64,000 nt of DNA from positions 7,258-71,257 of the forward strand of contig JAFEBA010000018.1 in NCBI GenBank assembly GCA_018266105.1, in the 5' to 3' direction. The position numbers and the translations under genes are program-made. Positions 8,272 through 16,557 of the stretch are shown here, one piece after another (positions within the stretch are counted from its first letter, which is position 1; the number at the start of each line of letters is the position of its first letter). Source of the DNA: a bacterium (GTDB taxonomy: Bacteria > Vulcanimicrobiota > Xenobia > Xenobiales > JADMJV01). Under the pieces are notes generated by a model. The model was given only the letters and a program-made list of their open reading frames with translations, was not told the DNA's origin and did no database searches.

Positions 8272-10076
8272 AAGCGGTGGGCGGCGCTGCCGAAGCGGTC
8301 GGAAAGGGCGCTGGCGTGGACGCGCAATCGGTAGGGTTCGGAGCTTGGGGGAATGGGCAGCTCGAGGCTGAGGTAGCCCTGTGCGTCGCTCTGGTGGAGG
8401 CCGAGGTAGAGACCCGGGTTGAGCGGGGGAGGGTCGGGTGGATGCGCGGGTTCGGGTGGGCTGTGAGGCTGGCGGCCGGGCAGTCGGTCGAGGTTGCTGG
8501 TGAGTGTCAGCCAGCACTCGGGTTGGGGCAGGAAGGTGGAGAGGGGGTCGGGGCTTTCCCCAAGGTCTTGTTCAAGCAGGACCAGAAGCTCTGCCGGGAC
8601 CGGGGGATGAACCTGCACCCGGAGTTGCCCGGGGGCGGGCAGGCTGAGGGTCAGCTGGAGGCGGCGGTGTTCATCAGACAGGCCGAGCAGGGCCTGGGCC
8701 TGGAAGTGACCCTGAGCGCAGAAAGCATCGGCTCGCACCAGAACGGCGGGCTCCATGCCCGGCTGGATGGGAAAGCTCCAGTGGCTCCAGGGCTCGTCTA
8801 CGCGGCGGTTCTGGAGTTGCAGCAGGGAGCCGCGCCACAGGCCGAGCAGGACATGGGCGGGCCAGCTCTGGAGGCCCAGGCGCAGGTTGAGGGTCTGGCC
8901 GGGTTGCAGTTGGCCTTCGGGCAGCTCCAGAGCGCAGCTGGGGGTGGGACTTTCGGGCGGGGAATAGCGCTGCGGGCTGGCCTTTGCGCCCAGTTCCAGT
9001 CGGTAGTCTTCGCCTTCCGGGCCGGGAGCCACCAGGCTGAGTTTCAGGCTGCGCGCCTGCCACGGCCAGCGAAAGAGAAAGCCGCCATCGGGGCTGAGGG
9101 GCTGGCGCATCGTCTGGCCCCAGCAGGTCGCTTCCAGATAAGGGGCATAGGCGGGTTCCAGCGGGGAGGCCGGACTGTTCTGGCGGCGCAGCCAGCCGGC
9201 CACCACCAGCTCCTGGCTTTCGTTCAGGTGGGTCTGAAGCAGAAAGAAGCGGCCGCGCTGCCAGCTGGCCTGGGGCGGCTCGGCGTTCTGAACCAGCACT
9301 TCCATCTCCCCCAGGCGCCCCAGCTGAGGGGCTTCGCCATCACCCAGACCGATCCATGAGCGCCCGATTTGATTCAGGTGGTCCAGCATCCCCGAGGCGT
9401 CGCTCTCTCCGCTGGGGAAGACCAATCCGGCACAGGGCCGGGCCTCACTCAGGTGGGTGGCCACCAGGAAGCGGCGGCGGGGCAGATGGTAGTAGCTGAG
9501 CCCCAGATTGCTGACGTCCAGCAGCAGACTCTGGCGCCAGCCGCCCTCGGCCGCCAGTTCCACGGCCACGAATCCGTGGGGGTGGGGCAAGGCGGGCGAG
9601 AGATCAACTTGCACCAGGCCCTCGGGCTGGTTGAGCTGGAAGCAATGCTCCCATTGCTGCAGTAGAAAGTCTTCCTGATTCTCGGTGCCGTCATAAAAGG
9701 GGTCCACCTGCTCGCGGTTGAGACGCTGCAGGCGCACCTGCAACTGGCTCACCTGCTGGCAGTGCACTGGCAGCAGGGGGCGCTGCCAGGGCAGGGTGGC
9801 CTGGCGTGGCGGGGTGGCAAACTGGGCCAGGGGCACGGTCAGGACCAGCTCTTCCAGTTGTTCTTGCTCCTGAGCGTCGCGGTAACGCAGTTGCAGCAGT
9901 TGGGGACCCGCCTGCAGTTCCAGTTCGACCGACCATTGCTCGCGTTTCTGCAGATGCATGTGGCCTAAGCGGCCTTCCAGAATCTCCACGCCTTCACGAA
10001 AATCCAGCAGTGCCCACATGCGAACGCGGCTTTGCTGGCGCTGGAGCCGGAAGCGCTGGTCGGTTACGATGCTCAT
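8268..10076 (-). CDS. Large hypothetical protein (602 aa). Third gene of an ATGA-coupled three-gene operon.
   Basis: Its ATG overlaps the stop of the upstream gene (tcat at 10073..10076). Composition is protein-like and W/Q/L-rich. The antisense plus-strand ORFs are low-complexity. Confidence 0.6.
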   Translation of the reverse strand: MSIVTDQRFRLQRQQSRVRMWALLDFREGVEILEGRLGHMHLQKREQWSVELELQAGPQLLQLRYRDAQEQEQLEELVLTVPLAQFATPPRQATLPWQRPLLPVHCQQVSQLQVRLQRLNREQVDPFYDGTENQEDFLLQQWEHCFQLNQPEGLVQVDLSPALPHPHGFVAVELAAEGGWRQSLLLDVSNLGLSYYHLPRRRFLVATHLSEARPCAGLVFPSGESDASGMLDHLNQIGRSWIGLGDGEAPQLGRLGEMEVLVQNAEPPQASWQRGRFFLLQTHLNESQELVVAGWLRRQNSPASPLEPAYAPYLEATCWGQTMRQPLSPDGGFLFRWPWQARSLKLSLVAPGPEGEDYRLELGAKASPQRYSPPESPTPSCALELPEGQLQPGQTLNLRLGLQSWPAHVLLGLWRGSLLQLQNRRVDEPWSHWSFPIQPGMEPAVLVRADAFCAQGHFQAQALLGLSDEHRRLQLTLSLPAPGQLRVQVHPPVPAELLVLLEQDLGESPDPLSTFLPQPECWLTLTSNLDRLPGRQPHSPPEPAHPPDPPPLNPGLYLGLHQSDAQGYLSLELPIPPSSEPYRLRVHASALSDRFGSAAHRF

Positions 10077-12775
10077 CTGAGTTCCTCGCGAAGCCGGGCG
10101 GCCAGGGTCCAGAGAGCCTTTTCGTCCGGGGGATAGGCCCAGTTCAGACGTTGCTGCAGCTGGTCGGGGGAGATCTGCTGCAGCGGCCTGGGGTCGATCA
10201 GACGCCAGATGGTCAGCTCTTCGTTGCTGGCCACTGCCAGCCGGCTGCGCCGACCTTCGTAGGCATACTCCTGGAGCCAGGAATCGCGCAGGCTTAACAG
10301 CAGCTCGCCGCTCCGGGCTTCCCAGAAGTCTCCATTGCAGCCCAGCAGGCTGTGTTGGTCCTCGAGTAGCAGGCTGATGTTACCGGTGGCTTCGGGGGCT
10401 CGGTAGGAACGACAGACCTGATCGGGGGCCTGGCTGAGCACTACCTCGCCGTAGGAGCTGGCGGCCGCCCACCAGTTGCCGGACGGTGAGCAGGCCTGGT
10501 GGCGCACGTAGAGATGGGTGGGTTGGCCTCGCAGCGTCCATTCCGAATTGCGGTTTTGGATCGGACGGGGTTTGCCATCTTCCCAGTCCAGCCAGCGGTA
10601 CTCGAAGAAGGCCCCGCGCTGGTCGATTTGCAGGTCGCCGCCCGGGTGTTTGAGCTTCCGACACCAGCCGGACCGACCGTCCTCTCGATGGTGCAGAGCC
10701 AGGCACCGGTCTTCATGGGAGGGGCCGCTGAGAACCGCAATCCAGCCGTTGGGTGGAAAATAGAACTGGATGTGCTGATGGGGATGCTTCAGGCGAGTGG
10801 ACCAGAGCATTTCGGTCAGGGCGGCGTCCCAATACTGCACACGGGTGCGGGTGGCCAGCACCAGTCCCGGGCCGCGGGGGTCGGCGGCCAGGGCCACCAG
10901 ATCCGGCCAGTCCCGCCATTGGCGCTCGAAGAAGAGGCGGCTGGCGCGCGCGCCAATGATTGCGAAATCCACTCGGCCCGGGCAAAGGGCGATGTTCTGC
11001 CGGTGCCGCTCGGGCCTGATTTCGGCCAGCAGCTCGGGTTGCAGGGCGCGCAAAGCGGGCTCCAGCAGGTCCTCCCAAGGGCCGGGCAGATCCTTGAGCA
11101 GCGGCAGCGAGCGGCGCAACGGCAGGCGCGGCAGTATGCTGCGCAGTTGCTGAGGTTGGATCCGGCTGAGCAGCTCGGCCCAGTCCGAGGGTGAAAAAGA
11201 GCCGACCTGAGGATTCTCCCAGCGGTTGATGAGTGACAGTTGCTGTCGCTGCACCAGCTGCTGGCGCAGGCGTCGGGCCTGCTCGGGCTGGAGTTGTTCC
11301 AGCAGAGGTCGCAGGTCGCCAGCCGGTTTGCCTTCCAGCCAGTCCAGCAGCGGCAGCCAGGCTTCAGGCCAGGGGTGGCGGCGCAGGCCGGCCACCAGAC
11401 CGGGACGAGGCTGGTCGACGAGCAGCAGTGCCAGGTTTTGGCACCAGGCCGGCGGCAGTTCTTGGGAAAGCAGTTCAAGCAGGGGTTCATCGTCGGGGCA
11501 TTCCAGCAGCCCCGGCCAAATTCGTCCGGGTGGAAAATGAGCCAGATCGTGCCAGCGGCGCTGGCTCACGGCGGCCCAGACCCATTGGCGATGGTCCCGG
11601 TAGGGCTGGCAGTCGGAACTCAAAGAGCGAAGTTCAGGATGCCGACGACTGAGGGCAAAGAGGCACTGACTGCGGTAGGGGCGCACCCGCGGCCAGCAGG
11701 CCTGCAGCAGACCGGCCGCATCGCCCGACGGAGAGTTGCGGCGCAGGCGTTGGTAAAAGTGAACTTCATTGCCCAGGCAGCACACCAACCAGCGGTCGTT
11801 GGGGCTGACCGCCACCCGGCAGTGGCCCTCGTTGGGGGACCGGAAAAACTGCAGCAGCCGGCCGCTGGCGCTGGAGTAGACGGCCAGACCCTCTTGGCAG
11901 ACGGCCAGCACCAGCCGTCCGTCACGGCTGGCGGTGAGATTTTGTCCGGAGTGGGTGCGCAGGCAGGCTCCAAAATCTTGCATCAGGCTGCCGTCTTCCA
12001 GCGACCAGCGCGTGAGCTTGGAGCCGGAAGCAACCAGGAGTTGTTGTTGTCCGGGCAGGTGCAGCCAGGAGGGGGATGGGCCGGCCACCTCCTGGGCTCG
12101 GGCCAGCACGCGGCCGTCCTCCCAGGCGTGGTAGGTCCAGTTGCTCTGAGGGCACCCAAGAACGTAGCCGGCTGCACCGCGGGCGAAGGCGGTGAGGTCC
12201 TCGGGCAGGGGCGCCAGCTCCAGGCCATCCTGCAGCCGATAGAGGCCGGAGGGGCTTTTGAAACGGCTAACCACCACCGCTTCGGATTCGGGCAGCTGGC
12301 CCATGATCTTGTAGCCCCGGGATTGCCAGACCAGCTGGCCGCTGCCGAGGTCAAAGAAGAGGATGTTATCATTTTGCCAGATGGCCAGCCGCTGGCCGAT
12401 CGCCCACACCTCGGACAGGTATTTGATCTCAGGGCTGGCCGCAAAGCGGCGGTGGGGGCGGTGGCGACTGAGGTCCCAGAGCTGCCAGTGTTGGTCTCGG
12501 GTGGCCAGCATGCGGTCGGGGCCGGTCAGCCAGCCGCGTTGGAAATCCAGCTCCACCGGGGTGGCTTCGGGCAGGTCCCAGAGCAGGTTGCCGGTCAGGG
12601 CGTAGTCATCCTCCAGGCTGAGCTGCCAGGTGAAATCGCCGCTTGGGGTCCAGAGGCGCTGGGCGCACAGTTCATAGGCGTCCTCATATTCAGGCGCAGC
12701 CAGCCAGGCGGCTGCCTCTCGGGTCTGGCCGGCCAGTTGCAGCAGTTGACCAAGGTCGCGGTGCCAGTCGCTCAT
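10073..12775 (-). CDS. Very large hypothetical protein (about 900 aa from MSDWHRDLG…), Trp-rich with beta-propeller-like repeat motifs. Middle gene of the operon.
   Basis: The track ORF 10073..13162 begins with 129 Arg/Pro/Ala-rich codons overlapping the upstream gene. Trimming to Met130 gives an ATGA overlap at 12772..12775. Blade-like motifs are visible (…DGRLVLAV…, …SPNDRWLVCC…, …LAIWQNDNILFFDLGSGQLVW…). Confidence 0.6.
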   Translation of the reverse strand: MSDWHRDLGQLLQLAGQTREAAAWLAAPEYEDAYELCAQRLWTPSGDFTWQLSLEDDYALTGNLLWDLPEATPVELDFQRGWLTGPDRMLATRDQHWQLWDLSRHRPHRRFAASPEIKYLSEVWAIGQRLAIWQNDNILFFDLGSGQLVWQSRGYKIMGQLPESEAVVVSRFKSPSGLYRLQDGLELAPLPEDLTAFARGAAGYVLGCPQSNWTYHAWEDGRVLARAQEVAGPSPSWLHLPGQQQLLVASGSKLTRWSLEDGSLMQDFGACLRTHSGQNLTASRDGRLVLAVCQEGLAVYSSASGRLLQFFRSPNEGHCRVAVSPNDRWLVCCLGNEVHFYQRLRRNSPSGDAAGLLQACWPRVRPYRSQCLFALSRRHPELRSLSSDCQPYRDHRQWVWAAVSQRRWHDLAHFPPGRIWPGLLECPDDEPLLELLSQELPPAWCQNLALLLVDQPRPGLVAGLRRHPWPEAWLPLLDWLEGKPAGDLRPLLEQLQPEQARRLRQQLVQRQQLSLINRWENPQVGSFSPSDWAELLSRIQPQQLRSILPRLPLRRSLPLLKDLPGPWEDLLEPALRALQPELLAEIRPERHRQNIALCPGRVDFAIIGARASRLFFERQWRDWPDLVALAADPRGPGLVLATRTRVQYWDAALTEMLWSTRLKHPHQHIQFYFPPNGWIAVLSGPSHEDRCLALHHREDGRSGWCRKLKHPGGDLQIDQRGAFFEYRWLDWEDGKPRPIQNRNSEWTLRGQPTHLYVRHQACSPSGNWWAAASSYGEVVLSQAPDQVCRSYRAPEATGNISLLLEDQHSLLGCNGDFWEARSGELLLSLRDSWLQEYAYEGRRSRLAVASNEELTIWRLIDPRPLQQISPDQLQQRLNWAYPPDEKALWTLAARLREELR

Positions 12776-14964
12776 GACTGCTCCTGGAGGGCCTTGAGCC
12801 AGGCCCGCAGGCGCTCGGGGAGATATTGGTCGGGCTGCGGGGGAGACGAGTCTTGCAGCGGCGAGAACTGCAGCTGGCCGTCTTGCAAGGCCAGCAGCCG
12901 GTCGGGGGCGAGCACGCAGGTCTCGGGAAGGCGGCCCAGCCGCTCGGGCCGGAGCGCGTCCAGCAGCCAGGCTTGCTGGCCGATGGTGACCCGAGCGTAG
13001 CCGTGGCGGGCTTCTTCCAATTGGAGGTCTTCGGCCTCCAGGCGGCCGAGTTCGCGGCCTTCCTGCAGGCTGTAGAGAGCCTGGCTGCCCTGCACGATCA
13101 GACGCGGGCCGTCCTGCACCACCCGGCGCACGGCCGAGAGGTTGCAAAAGCGATGGACGCAATCTCCGGTCTGGGGATCAAACAGGCTGACCGTGGCGTG
13201 CAGGCCCAGCAGAATGGTGCTGCCCAGGCGGTCCAGGCAGCCGGCCGCCAGATAACCGTCGTGAAAGCCGACCCAGCTAACCTGACCGTCCTGTTCGGCC
13301 TGGCAGAGCTGGCCCAGGGTATCGGCTTCCCAGATCTGGATTTTCTCTTTGTGGGTGGTCGCCAGCCAGCGGCCGTCCGGACTCCAGGCCAGAGTCTGGC
13401 GAGCCCAGCTGCCTACGAATACGGGTCCTCTTGAAATAACGGGCTCGGGAAGGTCGGTGGAGCCTAGCAGGGCGGGCTGGTTGCGGCGCAGGCAGAGCAC
13501 CCGCAACTGCTGGCCGTGGGCGTGAGCCAGGCGGGTGGCGCAGGGGGAGAGCGCCAGCGGGCCTTCGGCGATGGCCTGACTCCAGAGGGTGCGACCGCGG
13601 GCGTCGCAGCAGCTGAGCTGGCCGTGGTGACGCAGCAAAAGGCCTTGAGGGAGAAACCAGATTTGTTGAGGTTCTGAGTCCGTCTTGCACTCTCCCAGCA
13701 GGCACAGTTCGGGGTAGCTCCAGATTTGCAAGCGTTTCTCATTCCAGAGCAGCAGCCGGTCGGATTGGGGGCTGAGCTGTAAGGAGTGGGCCGGGGTTTC
13801 CATGAGGCTGTCCCATCGGGGCACAAAGCATCGGATGGGAGCGCCGTCGAGCAGCTTGAGCAGGCGATGAAAGAGGGGCCGATTGTGGCGAGGTTGCCAG
13901 CCGCTTTCGGCCAGTTTCAGCAATTGCTCAGAAGCCTGTCCCGCCGGCAGGGAGCGCAGAGCCTGCCAGCTCACTTCCGGGTTGTTGGCCAGCGGGTCGT
14001 CCAGGCCTCGGCGCTGGAGTTCCTCTTGGACAGGCCGGGAGAACTGGCCGTCGTGCTGCAGCTCCTGGAGTTCCTCGCTGGGAAAGTCTTGCAGACTTTG
14101 ACCTTGGGCCAGAGCCAGCAGCACCCGCAGGCCGGGTTGGTGGGTGGTCCAGCCGCGCTTGAGCCAGTGGCGACGCAGTTGGGGCTGGCGAGTTTGGGCC
14201 CAGAGCCAGAGAATGGAGCCGGGTTCGCCGGCCAGGGCGGCCAGGATCTGGGAGTGGTATTCCGGATAGTGGCGAGCCAGTTCCAGCAGGCCGGCGGCCA
14301 GACGTCCAGGCGGCTTCGGAATTCGATCCCATTCGTTGATTTTGGCGCGCAAGAGCAGGCTCAGGGCGACTTGAAAAGGGAGCCCGACCAGCTGGCGGCA
14401 GGCCAGCTCGCGCCAGTTGGGCTGGCCCAGGTAGTCCAGCAGGCGGGCGGGGGGCAGGGGGCGCCCAGAAAGCAGGCAGCTCTCTGCCCAGCCGGGCTGG
14501 CCTTCCGCCGGTAGCCAGCCCAGGTCCTGCACCAGCTGGGCCAGCTGGGCTGGACAGTCGGGGCTGGCGCTGTGGCTCAGCATTCGGTCGCGCTCGGGGG
14601 TTGGATGGCTGAGGCAGTCCAAGATCTCGGAGTAGTGGTGCTCGAGTTGATGGATGATCAGTCGGTCGGCCCCGCTTTGGAGAAGGCGCTGCCAGGGTGG
14701 GCGGCCCCAGGGGCTCAGGCGATCCAGTCGGCCGGCCTCAAGCTGCTGGCGGGCGGCCAGGCTGGGGGGGCAAAAGGAGCCGGTTTGAAGGGCCTGGAGA
14801 GCGGTGGAGGCGGCTTCGGGGGGCATCCAGCCAAGGGATTCAAACAGCCAGTCCCAACGGGCCTCGTCTCTCCAAAGGGTTACGACGTCGGTCCAGCTCA
14901 CTGAGCCCGCTTCGACGGCCTTTGGGAACCCGCCTGCGGTGCCCAAAGCACCCTTTGGAAACAT
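12772..14964 (-). CDS. Large hypothetical protein (730 aa) with C-terminal WD40/beta-propeller-like motifs. First gene of the operon.
   Basis: The long ORF has WD-like segments (LAWSPDGRWLATTHKEKIQIWEADTLGQL; SPQSDRLLLWNEKRLQIWSY). Its stop overlaps the next gene's ATG. Confidence 0.6.
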   Translation of the reverse strand: MFPKGALGTAGGFPKAVEAGSVSWTDVVTLWRDEARWDWLFESLGWMPPEAASTALQALQTGSFCPPSLAARQQLEAGRLDRLSPWGRPPWQRLLQSGADRLIIHQLEHHYSEILDCLSHPTPERDRMLSHSASPDCPAQLAQLVQDLGWLPAEGQPGWAESCLLSGRPLPPARLLDYLGQPNWRELACRQLVGLPFQVALSLLLRAKINEWDRIPKPPGRLAAGLLELARHYPEYHSQILAALAGEPGSILWLWAQTRQPQLRRHWLKRGWTTHQPGLRVLLALAQGQSLQDFPSEELQELQHDGQFSRPVQEELQRRGLDDPLANNPEVSWQALRSLPAGQASEQLLKLAESGWQPRHNRPLFHRLLKLLDGAPIRCFVPRWDSLMETPAHSLQLSPQSDRLLLWNEKRLQIWSYPELCLLGECKTDSEPQQIWFLPQGLLLRHHGQLSCCDARGRTLWSQAIAEGPLALSPCATRLAHAHGQQLRVLCLRRNQPALLGSTDLPEPVISRGPVFVGSWARQTLAWSPDGRWLATTHKEKIQIWEADTLGQLCQAEQDGQVSWVGFHDGYLAAGCLDRLGSTILLGLHATVSLFDPQTGDCVHRFCNLSAVRRVVQDGPRLIVQGSQALYSLQEGRELGRLEAEDLQLEEARHGYARVTIGQQAWLLDALRPERLGRLPETCVLAPDRLLALQDGQLQFSPLQDSSPPQPDQYLPERLRAWLKALQEQS

Positions 14965-15048
14965 TTTTTAGGGCACGGGTTGTTTTGTGAGGGCCAAGAT
15001 GATAAACTGGAGATCTCGTCGCTCGCGGTCTTCGCAACATTGTTAATT

Positions 15049-15534
15049 CTAACAGCCTCGAAGAATGATTTTGGAAGAGGACGCGACGTGATTGAGCTGA
15101 AAACGCCCGACGGTATTATTAAGTGGAAGTTCGGTAAGCATTTGAAGGGCGAGGATCTGGCGCTGGAAGTCTTTCGGCGCCCCCGTCCGGGCCTCTTTGG
15201 CCGGGAACCCGGTCTCCCCTGTGAAAAGGCCCATCGGCGCCGGGATAGCTTCTTGCATCTGGCTGAGACCATCTGGCCCAATTTCGAAGTGGTGCGGGAT
15301 ACCCACCCCATGGACGCCGGCGGCTAAACGGACGGGGCTGGCCGCCAGCAGGGCCGAGCCCACGCCGTGGCCGACCGCGTCCAGCAGCAAGAAGCAGAGG
15401 ATGTCTTCGTTGATGAGGCAGTTGAAGCAATCGCCGCCCACGTGGAAGGCGGGACGCAGAGCCCCAGATATGGTCCACTGCCCCAGGCTCATGTCTCCGT
15501 GGGGCAGGCCTTCTTCCACCACCAGGCGGGCCAT
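15049..15534 (-). pseudogene. Remnant of a PP2C/SpoIIE-family serine phosphatase. The N-terminal half of the domain is recognisable; the C-terminal half is missing or deleted; an in-frame TGA lies just upstream.
   Basis: …ALRPAFHVGGDCFNCLINEDILCFLLLDAVGHGVGSALLAA matches the PP2C motifs (…PA…VGGDFYD…, DxxGHGVxAALL). Only about 100 residues follow instead of the usual 150 or so, and the conserved PLG…GD…YTDG block is absent. Upstream in the same frame, a 40-codon protein-like segment ends at a TGA only 5 codons before the Met. Confidence 0.4.
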
Positions 15535-15969
15535 CCGAAGCCAGTCGGATCAGACCGCTCCGAAGAGTCGAGGCACGGCCTGCTCAATCAGGGCCACGAT
15601 CGCGGCCGGTTCAAAAAGGTCGATTAACTCCTCGACCAGCTGGAGCAAGAGCTGGGACTGGCCGGGAAAGCAGCCTCAGCCCTGAAGAGTTCGGCCCGAC
15701 CTGCGAGCTTTGGAAGCGGCTTGAACCACCCAGAGCGTGTGCACGTGCGCCTTGGGGTTCAATTTGACCGGCATGTAGCGCCGCCAGCCGGGGAGCTGAT
15801 CGGAGGGAAGCCTGCGAGCGGCTCGGCGGGTGGGGTCCTCAGGTTGGAATGAATGCATGGGCAACCTCATTTCGGCAAAGCCAGGCACCCTGGGAGATGG
15901 CTTGGTTTTAACGGGATATCCAACACCTTTCGTACAGGCGCTCCGCTCTTCCTGCAGCCGGGAGGCTAT

Positions 15970-16557
15970 TTAGGACCTGGGAGCTGGAGCGCCGCATCGG
16001 CCGCAGAAGCGGTGGTCAGGCTCCAGCCTGGCTCTGCAACCAGGACACAGGCGCTCCAGTGGGGTGCCGCAGTGAATGCAGTAGCGGCTTTGTGGCTCGA
16101 CGGTGCGGGCGCAGTGGTGACAGTGTGGGGCGCTTGCGCCCGGACGGGCCCAGGCCAGCTCCAGCGGCTCCAGTCTGACCAGCCAGCTCTGGGCTCCCTG
16201 AAGAAGCTGCAGCTCGTTGCTGGAGCTGAGTTCAAAGATTCGCTCACCGCCGCAACCGCTCCAGGTGCCGCAGAAGAAGGCCCCCCTGGCGTCCTGGCTG
16301 AGGCTGAGGTGATCCTCTCCCTGACTGTTGTGCAAAGCCAGAATTCCGCCAGGTTCAAAAGGGCAGGGCGTCCAACGGCCCTGCCAGTGCGAGCCCTGGG
16401 AGGCGGAGACGCCCACCAGCTGGGCCAGAACCAACAAACCCTCTCGGATAGAGAGGGCGTTCGCCTGCTCCAGGCCCCGACAGAATGCATCCAGGGCCCG
16501 GGCCTGTTGGGGGCTGACTTGACGCGGTTGGCTTTCAAGGGGTTGGGTGCTGTTCAC
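15970..16557 (-). CDS. Double zinc-ribbon domain protein (195 aa).
   Basis: The C-terminus reads CHHCARTVEPQSRYCIHCGTPLERLCPGCRARLEPDHRFCGRCGAP, i.e. two CxxC…CxxC ribbons. It overlaps the upstream gene by 23 nt. Confidence 0.6.
   Translation of the reverse strand: MNSTQPLESQPRQVSPQQARALDAFCRGLEQANALSIREGLLVLAQLVGVSASQGSHWQGRWTPCPFEPGGILALHNSQGEDHLSLSQDARGAFFCGTWSGCGGERIFELSSSNELQLLQGAQSWLVRLEPLELAWARPGASAPHCHHCARTVEPQSRYCIHCGTPLERLCPGCRARLEPDHRFCGRCGAPAPRS

Noticed and set aside
11240-13000. 586 aa plus-strand ORF mirroring the large minus-strand gene. Similar long plus-strand ORFs occur at 8277..9359, 10499..11194, 12826..13434 and 13786..14514.
   Set aside because: Gly/Ala/Gln/Pro/Arg-rich low-complexity translations, typical of antisense frames in high-GC genes. 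The minus-strand products have diverse, protein-like composition and ATGA coupling.
12776-13162. N-terminal 129 codons of track ORF 10073..13162 (MRPSLLQPLGRAPGGAGRPASDRAG…).
   Set aside because: Arg/Pro/Ala-rich, and it overlaps the C-terminus of the upstream gene out of frame. The internal Met130 gives a clean ATGA overlap, so I treat the extension as spurious.
14898-15311. 137 aa minus ORF in a second frame, considered as the missing C-terminal half of the PP2C phosphatase (frameshift hypothesis).
   Set aside because: Its translation (…LIIPSGVFSSITSRPL…) only vaguely resembles the GD…YTDG block, and it runs into the downstream operon start. Not enough to claim a frameshift; internal deletion fits better.
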